Source: Armatimonadota bacterium (lineage in GTDB: Bacteria > Armatimonadota > Armatimonadia > Armatimonadales > Armatimonadaceae). Taken from it: DNA of 14,764 nt. Numbering within the stretch: the stretch's first letter is position 1; each line of letters starts with the position of its first letter. Position numbers and translations under genes: made by a program. Positions 7,025 through 13,909 of the stretch are shown one piece after another. Below the pieces are notes generated by a model. That model saw nothing but the letters and a program-made list of their open reading frames with translations. It did no database searches and was not told the DNA's origin. The DNA lies in NCBI GenBank assembly GCA_043754515.1, contig JAYUUO010000082.1, positions 1 through 14,764 on the forward strand, in the 5' to 3' direction.

Positions 7025-8173
7025 TCACCGCGACGCGAACAACTCCCCTAGAAGCCGCGCCTCCCCCGGATGGCTTTTGAAATGCGCCATCAATCCCGCG
7101 TACACCACCGAAAAAACCGCCCCTTCGACTTCCAAGTTCACGACGCGGTCTCTGCTCGTGCCGCTCCACATGATGTCCGGCGCGAAAACGGAGACCACGG
7201 CGGTCAGCCCGCGCCGGACCACCTCGCCGGTGTAGCACGAGCCGCACGTCTCGTTGATCGCCCGCGTCAGAGCGCGGCGGAACCCAGTGACGTGAGTACC
7301 GTGCTCGATACAAGGGTGCGAGTTGGCGAAACTGAACAGCGTCTCTCCGTCCCGGTCGCTGTACTGGAGCGCGACCGTGACCCGGATCTTGTCTTCAGCG
7401 GGGTCACCGTCGCGCCGACGAATAAAGATTGGATCGTCCGGCATAACGGGGTATCCCTGGTTCAGTTCGCGCACGTAATCCGCGCCGCCGTTCGGGTAGT
7501 GGAACACACGCACCGTTGGGTCGCCGTGTCGGTGATCTGTGAACGTGATGCGGGTGTTGGGGAGCAAGTAGGCACGCTCCCGCAGGTGGCGCGTGATGAT
7601 CCCGGCGTCGTAGCCGAGGTTTCCGCCCGCGTCCAGCGCGGGCACGAACATCGTCCGGTCCGCGAGCCACTGAACGGTCGTGCCGTGCTCATTCGCGCCA
7701 CACTCCCCCACGACTTCAAGTCCCGTAACAGGCACGCCGCGCTCGAAGCGCATCCGGTACACCTTACCGTCGCGGCGCACTATGCACTCCAGGAAGTCCG
7801 AGAGCGCACTCACACAACTCGCGCCGATGCCCTGCAAGCCGCCCCCGACCTGATAGCCGCCATCGCCGAATTTTCGACCCGCGTTCAATTCTGTAAACAC
7901 AAGTTCGAGAAAAGGCTTGCCGGATTCCGGCACGACACGGGTCGGGATGGCGCGCCCATCGTCCGCTACGCTGAGCGAGCCATCCGCGCCGAGTACAACG
8001 TCAATCCGGGTGCAGTGCCCGTCAAGCACCTCGTCCATGGAGCTGTCAATGATCTCCTTGAACAGGTGGTGAAGGCCACGTACGCCGGTATCGCCGATGT
8101 ACATGCCGGGGCGCATGCGCACGGCTTCGGGATATTCGGGCAAGGGCTGGTCGTAAGCGTCGTGATCTTCCAT
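7025..8173 (-). CDS. Stand-alone GyrB/ParE-like N-terminal protein (GHKL ATPase + transducer only, no TOPRIM), with degenerate ATPase motifs
   Basis: Motifs 'AVRMRPGMYIG', 'GLHHLFKEIIDSSMDE', 'DDGRAIP', 'GGLQGIGASCVSALS', 'GTHVTGFRRALTR' and 'GLTAVVSV'. It stops at the end of the transducer domain (382 aa). No TOPRIM coding is evident downstream before the repeat. Confidence 0.9.
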   Translation of the reverse strand: MEDHDAYDQPLPEYPEAVRMRPGMYIGDTGVRGLHHLFKEIIDSSMDEVLDGHCTRIDVVLGADGSLSVADDGRAIPTRVVPESGKPFLELVFTELNAGRKFGDGGYQVGGGLQGIGASCVSALSDFLECIVRRDGKVYRMRFERGVPVTGLEVVGECGANEHGTTVQWLADRTMFVPALDAGGNLGYDAGIITRHLRERAYLLPNTRITFTDHRHGDPTVRVFHYPNGGADYVRELNQGYPVMPDDPIFIRRRDGDPAEDKIRVTVALQYSDRDGETLFSFANSHPCIEHGTHVTGFRRALTRAINETCGSCYTGEVVRRGLTAVVSVFAPDIMWSGTSRDRVVNLEVEGAVFSVVYAGLMAHFKSHPGEARLLGELFASR

Positions 8174-8203
8174 GATTCAAGGGGTCTTTCCAAGGGAGGC
8201 GTT

Positions 8204-8221
8204 GCCGGGTGGCCACCCGGC
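8204..8221. repeat. Perfect 18-bp palindrome between the hydrolase and gyrB-like genes
   Basis: GCCGGGTGGCCACCCGGC lies 5 bp past the hydrolase stop codon and has no U-tract. Confidence 0.7.
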
Positions 8222-8226
8222 GAACC

Positions 8227-8838
8227 CTACTCCTCGGCAGGCCGTGGCACCGGCGGCATCTCAGCACTCCGCAGGCACCAACCCGCAACCCACGCCCACT
8301 CGCCGTAGCCCCAGTAGGGCGAGATATGGCCGGCTCTAGACAACAGATGGATCGGAATGCCGAGCCGGTCTGAGTAGGCTTTGGTCTGCTCGAACGTCGC
8401 GTAGTCGTCGGAGTCGGACGCGATGATGTGCGTCTCCGTCGCGGCACGCTTAACTGCTTCGGCGTCGAGCGTGGGCGGGAAGAACCCCGACACGCCCGGC
8501 GGCGCGTCGCTCGGCGGCACTTCGGGGATGACATACGGCGGCGCGACGAGTAGCACCCGTTCCGCGATCTTGCCGGTGACCTGCGTGACGTAATGAAGCC
8601 ACGTTATCGCGCCGAGGCTGTGGCAGACCACCGTGAGCGGCTTGGACGCGTCAATGGCGGCGAACTCCTCCGTCAGACGCGCCAGCCACGCCTCTTTGTT
8701 CGGCGCGGTCGGCTCCGGCATCTTCGGGTAATGCACGGTCCTGCCCGCCGCCGTCAGCGCGGTGTATAAATGCTCCTGCCAGTGCGCGGGCTTGTTGCCA
8801 CCCCAGCCGTGCAAAATCAGGAATTGGTCGTCGTTCAT
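8227..8838 (-). CDS. Alpha/beta hydrolase, RBBP9/YdeN family serine hydrolase
   Basis: 'ILHGWGG..HWQ', nucleophile 'CHSLG', 'LLVAPP', Asp in 'SDSDDY' and His in 'AGHI'. RBS GAGGT. Confidence 0.9.
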   Translation of the reverse strand: MNDDQFLILHGWGGNKPAHWQEHLYTALTAAGRTVHYPKMPEPTAPNKEAWLARLTEEFAAIDASKPLTVVCHSLGAITWLHYVTQVTGKIAERVLLVAPPYVIPEVPPSDAPPGVSGFFPPTLDAEAVKRAATETHIIASDSDDYATFEQTKAYSDRLGIPIHLLSRAGHISPYWGYGEWAWVAGWCLRSAEMPPVPRPAEE

Positions 8839-8898
8839 AGCGGTTTACCTCTTGTCCGTATATTCGCCCGCGGCGAGCCACCCTCCTGCCGGACTTCG

Positions 8899-9624
8899 TC
8901 ACTTACCGCAACACCCGCCGGCCGCCGTCGCCGTCTTCGCGGGGGCGGCGGTCGTGGTCCCGGCGAACGAGAACGCGCCGTAGTTAGCGTTCGTGCCGGT
9001 GCCCGAGATCGCGCCGACCGTTTTATCGTGGAAGTCGAGGCGCGCGGTTTTCGCCTTGATCGCCTTCGCGACGGGCCAGACCGCGTTGTTCTCCACCACT
9101 ACCGGGGACTTGCCATCGCGCCCGACGATGATCCGCGCCGCGAACCCGCCGTCGTCGCCGATCCGCAGGCGCAGGTCGTTCCCCGAAACCGTCGGCGTCA
9201 CGAGCGCGAACACGAAGGGCATATCCGGCGCGTTCCCCGGCCCGCCCTGCGCGAATACGGCCCGCGCTAGCCGCTTCAACGCCGGTCGTTGCGTGGGGGT
9301 CGCGCGGCTATCAAGGAAGCACGCCCCGCCGCGCGGGCCGTCCGCGCCGCCGATCACGAGGCCCGACAGATCAACTCCGTCCCAAGACGCCGAATCGAGC
9401 CGGTACGCGTACACGGCGTGGCAGTAGGAGTGCGGCGAGGGCGGCTCGCCGAAGTTGCAGGAGCACGGGACGGAGCAGGTACACGCCTCGAACAGCGTGC
9501 CGGTCGCCACCCAACGCGCCTTCCCCGGCGCGGCGGGATCCGCGGCGTTCACAGGCGAAAGGGGCGTGGCAATGACGGCGCAAGCGGCGAGAATCGCGGG
9601 CAAAATGGTTCGTGTCATAGTCAT
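8899..9624 (-). CDS. Secreted DUF1326-family Cys-rich (putative metal-binding) protein
   Basis: 'GTLFEACTCSVPCSCNFGEPP...CHA', 'GVDLSGL' and 'LDSRATPTQR.AL'. A signal peptide follows ATG 9624 (or 9618). The C-terminus is GGCCGK. Confidence 0.8.
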   Translation of the reverse strand: MTMTRTILPAILAACAVIATPLSPVNAADPAAPGKARWVATGTLFEACTCSVPCSCNFGEPPSPHSYCHAVYAYRLDSASWDGVDLSGLVIGGADGPRGGACFLDSRATPTQRPALKRLARAVFAQGGPGNAPDMPFVFALVTPTVSGNDLRLRIGDDGGFAARIIVGRDGKSPVVVENNAVWPVAKAIKAKTARLDFHDKTVGAISGTGTNANYGAFSFAGTTTAAPAKTATAAGGCCGK

Positions 9625-9772
9625 TATTATACCGCGACGGCGTGCGCTACGAACGGCTGTTCGTGGTGAGTGTAGGGCGAGCATAGGGCGGTTGTATTAT
9701 TGTTATGTTGCTAGCACGACGTATATTCGTGAATGGCGGACGGCGGACACGACAGGCACCCATCCTCCCGAC

Positions 9773-9782
9773 GCGGTAGAAT
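9773..9782 (+). promoter_or_regulatory. Candidate -10 element for gmhA-gmhB
   Basis: GCGG-TAGAAT about 45 bp before the start. The same GCGG-TAnAAT arrangement occurs at 11264-11273. Confidence 0.4.
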
Positions 9783-9827
9783 ACGAGCCAGTTTATTCGG
9801 AACGGTTCGGGAGTGTTTTTACAACCA

Positions 9828-10466
9828 ATGAGTATTGTGGCAACGTCCGCGTCACCGGGGCGCGTGGAAGAGTTACCGGCGACGGACGCGGGGGTCACCG
9901 GCTACGTCAGCGACTACTTCGCGACGCTCAAGATGCTACTCGACGCGGCGGACGTCGGGCAGATCGAGCGCGTCGTCGCGATCCTGCTGGAAACATACCA
10001 CGCCGGCAAGCGGCTGGTGTTGTGCGGCAACGGCGGCTCCGGCTCGACCACCTCGCACCTGGTCTGCGACCTCGCTAAGAACATCTATCTGGACGGCGGC
10101 CGGCCCTTCGAGGTTATCGCGCTGACCGACTCCCCGGCACTGATCACGGCGTGGGCGAACGACACCGAGTACGCCAACATCTTCGCCGGTCAGGCGCGCA
10201 CGTGGCTCCGCGAGGGGGACGTGCTGATCGCGCTGTCCGGTTCGGGCAACTCGCCGAACGTGCTCCGGGCGGTGGAAGTCGGGAACGAGATCGGCGCGCA
10301 TACCATCGGGTTCTGCGGGTACGGCGGCGGTAAACTGGCGAAACTCGCTAAACTGTCTATCGTCGTGGATCGGCGCAATATGCAGCAGGTCGAAGATCTG
10401 CACATGGTGTTCGGACATGTGATCTTCTCTGCCCTGCGCGACCGGATCAAAGGCGTCATCGCGTAG
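9828..10466 (+). CDS. gmhA: SIS-domain phosphoheptose isomerase (GmhA-like)
   Basis: 'CGNGGS', 'TAWAND..YANIFAGQ', 'GDVLIALSGSGNSPNV', 'GYGGGKL' and 'VEDLH..FGH'. The start is ATG 9828 or GTG 9813. Confidence 0.85.
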   Translation: MSIVATSASPGRVEELPATDAGVTGYVSDYFATLKMLLDAADVGQIERVVAILLETYHAGKRLVLCGNGGSGSTTSHLVCDLAKNIYLDGGRPFEVIALTDSPALITAWANDTEYANIFAGQARTWLREGDVLIALSGSGNSPNVLRAVEVGNEIGAHTIGFCGYGGGKLAKLAKLSIVVDRRNMQQVEDLHMVFGHVIFSALRDRIKGVIA

Positions 10467-10467
10467 C

Positions 10468-11049
10468 ATGGCGCGTGCCGCCGTGTTTCTAGACCGCGAC
10501 GGAGTGCTGAACGTCTATCTGCCCGGCGACTATGTCAAAACGCCGGACGAGCTGACCCCTCTCCCCGGCGCGCCCGAAGCGGTGGCGCGGCTGAACGCGC
10601 TCGGCTACCCGGTCTTCGTCATCTCGAACCAGCAGGGCGTCGCGAAAGGTCTGATGACGGACGGTGACCTGCTCGCCGTGGACGACAAACTCCGCGCCGC
10701 CGTTTCCGATGCGGGAGGCTTGATCACGCGGTCGTACTACTGCACGCACCACGCGAGTGCTCCTTCCACCCACCGCAAGCCGGAGCCGGGCATGATCCTC
10801 CAGGCCGCCGCCGAGTATGATCTGGACCTCGCGGCGTCGGTGTTCGTCGGCGATACGGAGACGGACGCGGCGGCGGCACGCGCGGCGGGCGTCGGAACGT
10901 TCGTGCTGGTGCTGTCCGGCAAGTTCGCGGGCCGATCCGGGGCGGAGAGCGACCCGGCTCGCTTCCCGGTCGCGCCTGACTTCGTGTGCGCCGATCTCGC
11001 GGCAGCGGCTGGCTGGATAGCAAGCCGCGTTGCTCTTGTGACACGCTGA
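10468..11049 (+). CDS. gmhB: HAD-IIIA phosphatase, heptose-1,7-bisphosphate phosphatase (GmhB-like)
   Basis: 'AVFLDRDGVLN', 'ISNQQG', 'RKPEPGM' and 'FVGD'. It starts 1 bp after the gmhA stop. Confidence 0.88.
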   Translation: MARAAVFLDRDGVLNVYLPGDYVKTPDELTPLPGAPEAVARLNALGYPVFVISNQQGVAKGLMTDGDLLAVDDKLRAAVSDAGGLITRSYYCTHHASAPSTHRKPEPGMILQAAAEYDLDLAASVFVGDTETDAAAARAAGVGTFVLVLSGKFAGRSGAESDPARFPVAPDFVCADLAAAAGWIASRVALVTR

Positions 11050-11073
11050 TCGCCCGTTTCACGCCACCTGGGG

Positions 11074-11096
11074 TCATTGCATCATTGCCTCATTGC
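11074..11096. repeat. Short tandem repeat, TCATTGC x3 with 8-bp period
   Basis: TCATTGC-A-TCATTGC-C-TCATTGC at 11074, 11082 and 11090. Confidence 0.8.
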
Positions 11097-11263
11097 TTTA
11101 TCGGTTGTTAATTCATAGGTTTGAGATAGGGCGCGTTCGCGGCTCGCCATAGCGCGGATGGCGGGCGGTTCGCGCCGGGCCGGCCCGCCGACAAACTGAC
11201 CGAGCGATGATGCCGTCGCCCCGCAATCGCGCAACTTTCGCCCCGCCCCCGCGTCATTAAGAG

Positions 11264-11273
11264 GCGGTACAAT
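11264..11273 (+). promoter_or_regulatory. Candidate -10 element for the pseudokinase operon (very short leader)
   Basis: GCGG-TACAAT ends 15 bp before ATG 11289, with no SD sequence in between. Confidence 0.5.
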
Positions 11274-11288
11274 AGAAACCGATAACGT

Positions 11289-12632
11289 ATGCCGGGAACC
11301 TCTCCGAACCTTGATGCCGACCGCCTCGCCCTTTCGCTTTTCGACGGTGCCAGCGCACTCTCCGCGGCGCAAAGCGCGACGTGGCTAGCGCGCGACGGCG
11401 CCACCGACACGAGCGTGCTGATCAAGCGGCCCCGCGCCGACGCGCCGCGCGCGCTGATCACGCATGCGCTGAGCCTGTCGCATCCAAACCTGGTGAAAAC
11501 CCGCCGCTGGTTCACCGTCGGAGGGCAATTATATGTCGTCCGCGACGTGATCCGCGGGCGCAACCTGAAACAGCAACTCGCCGGGGTATCGTTCAAGCAC
11601 AGCGCCGAACTTTTAGAGAAGCTATTGCTCCCCGTGCTGGCCGCGCTGGAGGCGGCGCACGGCAAGGGGATCGCGCACGGCGGGGTGTCGGGCGAGAACG
11701 TATTGATCGCGGACGACGGGCGCGTGCTACTTTCCGACCTCGCGCTGAGCGACCCCGGCTCGCCGACCAACAAGCCGATCTACAACGGCACCGCGAGCAT
11801 GACGGGCGACATCAGGGCGGCGGGGAGCCTGATCGCGCGTTACCTGCCCACCGGGGGTGCGTTCGCCGCCGAGCCGGTGCGGGCGCGGGTCGCCGGTATT
11901 CTGGAGCGGTGCGACTCGCTACCGGATCTGCGCGAGACGCTACTCGCGCTGGATAAGTTGGCAACCGCGCCCGTCCCGCAAGCGAAGGTGCCGGTCCTCG
12001 CGCCAGCACCCGAGTGGATCGGGCCGCCCCCGCTCCCCGACCCGGACGCCGACCCCGAGGCACCCACGGAGCGACCCCAGGACGCGGCCAATGAGGGAGG
12101 AATCGGAGATCAGAGGCAACCGCCGGTAGTCGCGTCGCCGCGCTCCGGCGTCGCCCGCCTCTCGTGGCGGAGCACGGAGCCGAACGGCGTGCATATCTCC
12201 AGCGGCGGCGGCGGGCCCACGACCCTGATTCTTACGAACGAGGGCGAGGGACTACTAACGGTGCGGATGGTGGCCACGCAACGCTCCTGGCTCGGCGTTC
12301 GCGCTATGGAGCTTCCGATACGGCTCCCGGCGGGTGCGTCGGCACCCGTTGACTTTTCCGTGTCGGCGGCGCGGCTCTCGCCCGGCGAGTACCGGAGCGA
12401 GGTATACCTATCGGCGAGCGCGGGGGGCAAGAACGCCGAGGATCTGCGCGGCGGCTGGTTCAAGCACACCGCCGAACTGCGCGTGATCGTGGTCGCCGCG
12501 CTACGGGCGGGGGAGAAGCCGCCCTATCCCGCGAACGCCCCCGCGATCCCCGCGCCGCCGGGTTGCGCCCTGATGCTGACTCTTTGCGTGACTGGGATCG
12601 CGTCCGCGCTGATTTTACTGGTTCGGATTTGA
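11289..12632 (+). CDS. Ser/Thr kinase-like pseudokinase with Pro-rich linker, Ig-like (BACON-like) domain and C-terminal TM anchor
   Basis: 'VLIK', 'LSHPNLV', 'GRNLKQ' and 'LEAAHGKGIAHGGVSGENVLI....RVLLSDLAL', where HRD has become HGG and DFG has become DLA. A beta-rich domain follows ('LILTNEGEGLLTV...WL...VDFSV...LSPGEYRSEVYL'), then a hydrophobic tail. Confidence 0.85.
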   Translation: MPGTSPNLDADRLALSLFDGASALSAAQSATWLARDGATDTSVLIKRPRADAPRALITHALSLSHPNLVKTRRWFTVGGQLYVVRDVIRGRNLKQQLAGVSFKHSAELLEKLLLPVLAALEAAHGKGIAHGGVSGENVLIADDGRVLLSDLALSDPGSPTNKPIYNGTASMTGDIRAAGSLIARYLPTGGAFAAEPVRARVAGILERCDSLPDLRETLLALDKLATAPVPQAKVPVLAPAPEWIGPPPLPDPDADPEAPTERPQDAANEGGIGDQRQPPVVASPRSGVARLSWRSTEPNGVHISSGGGGPTTLILTNEGEGLLTVRMVATQRSWLGVRAMELPIRLPAGASAPVDFSVSAARLSPGEYRSEVYLSASAGGKNAEDLRGGWFKHTAELRVIVVAALRAGEKPPYPANAPAIPAPPGCALMLTLCVTGIASALILLVRI

Positions 12633-12643
12633 GGAATACTCCC

Positions 12644-13909
12644 GTGAAAAAACCTTTACTAGCCCTGCTTATCGCCGCGACCGCGCTGTCCAGGTTTGTC
12701 GCGGCGCGTCCCGCCCTGGCGCAGGACGCCTCGCCTACCCCGTCGGCACCCGCCGCGTCGGCCTCGGCGGACGCCACCGTGCCCTCCGACGCCGAACTCG
12801 GCGAGTCCGCCGCCGCCGTTAAGGGTCTGCGCGCCGTGTCGCCCAAGACGCTGGTGTTCGTTTTCGACGTTTCCGGCTCGATGCGCGGCGAACTACTGCG
12901 CCGGGCGCGGGAGGCGGCGATCAGCATGATCCGCGAAGGCACCCAGCGCGGCGACCGCGTCGTGCTGTTCACTTTCGGCGCGGATTACAAAAAGGTGTTC
13001 GACAAGCGGCTCGCGAACGAGGCGGAAAAACATGATTTGATTGACCTCGTGCCGAACAAGACCGGCACTGGCGAGGGCACCAACATCCGCAAGCCGCACC
13101 ACGAGGCACTCAAGCTACTGGAAGCGAGTCTGCCCGAGCCGGGCGCGGTGGTGCTTCTGACCGACTCCTATAACGACCAGCCGGGTAAAAATGACCCGGA
13201 GTTCGCGATGTACAAGAAGTATTACATCCCCGGCGACCGCTTGACGAAGTACCCGAAGACGCCAGAGAACGCGGATTACGAGCGGCTCTTGAAGACCATG
13301 ACCGATTCGCGTAAGGTGCAGATTTTCGGGATCGGGGTGCAGATTGATAAGAGCGGTCGCCCTGTCGAGCAGATGCCGAAGGCGGAGGCGACGCCCGCGC
13401 CCGCAACCGACACGGGCACTGGAGCGTCTACACCGGTGACGAGCGTCGGCGGCGATAAAAAAGGCGGCCTGCCGCCCGAATGGCTCCTCGGCGGTATGGC
13501 GTTGCTGGCTCTCGCGCTGGTCGCGGCTGTCCTGCTCCTGCGTAAAGGGTCGAAGCCGGTGTCGCTCCGCATCAAGGGCGGCGCGAACGGCGCGAAGGAC
13601 TACGAGATCGCGCCCGGACAGGCCGTGACCATCGGCGGGCCGACCGCCTACGCGTTCGACGCGTACGGCCTCGCCGGGATCACGAACGCGGTGGCGACAT
13701 TGCGCGGCGCGAGTGGCGGGCGGTTTACGCTGTCGCCCGTGGCGCGGGAAGGCGCGGCGCCGCCGGTGAAGGTAGTATTGAACGGTTTGCCGCTGGAGAA
13801 AGAGTCGCCGCTCGCGTTCGGCGACGAAGTGCGCGTTTCCGCGCCGGACGCATCCGGCGCGATCAAGGAGTACCGGTTAATTTTCGATGATCCGACCAAA
13901 AGTTTTTAA
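12644..13909 (+). CDS. Single-pass membrane protein: signal peptide, VWA domain, TM, cytoplasmic degenerate FHA-like domain
   Basis: GTG start after RBS GAGGA, and a signal ending ALA|QD. MIDAS is intact: 'FVFDVSGSM', 'GTNI', 'VLLTD'. TM 'WLLGGMALLALALVAAVLLL-RK'. FHA-like tail 'VTIGG...VVLNG.PL..ESPLAFGDEVRV'. Confidence 0.88.
   Translation: MKKPLLALLIAATALSRFVAARPALAQDASPTPSAPAASASADATVPSDAELGESAAAVKGLRAVSPKTLVFVFDVSGSMRGELLRRAREAAISMIREGTQRGDRVVLFTFGADYKKVFDKRLANEAEKHDLIDLVPNKTGTGEGTNIRKPHHEALKLLEASLPEPGAVVLLTDSYNDQPGKNDPEFAMYKKYYIPGDRLTKYPKTPENADYERLLKTMTDSRKVQIFGIGVQIDKSGRPVEQMPKAEATPAPATDTGTGASTPVTSVGGDKKGGLPPEWLLGGMALLALALVAAVLLLRKGSKPVSLRIKGGANGAKDYEIAPGQAVTIGGPTAYAFDAYGLAGITNAVATLRGASGGRFTLSPVAREGAAPPVKVVLNGLPLEKESPLAFGDEVRVSAPDASGAIKEYRLIFDDPTKSF

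Noticed and set aside
6960..7025. Possible frameshift or readthrough continuing the GyrB-like ORF into a TOPRIM domain
   Set aside because: I saw no 'EGDSA' or 'LPGKL'-like sequence downstream, and the remaining ~450 bp before ptrB is largely repeat.
7070..8308. 412-aa plus-strand ORF
   Set aside because: Antisense shadow of the gyrB-like gene with no recognisable domain.
12563..12643. ORF-track N-terminal extension of the VWA protein
   Set aside because: It overlaps the pseudokinase. GTG 12644 has an RBS and begins a clean signal peptide.
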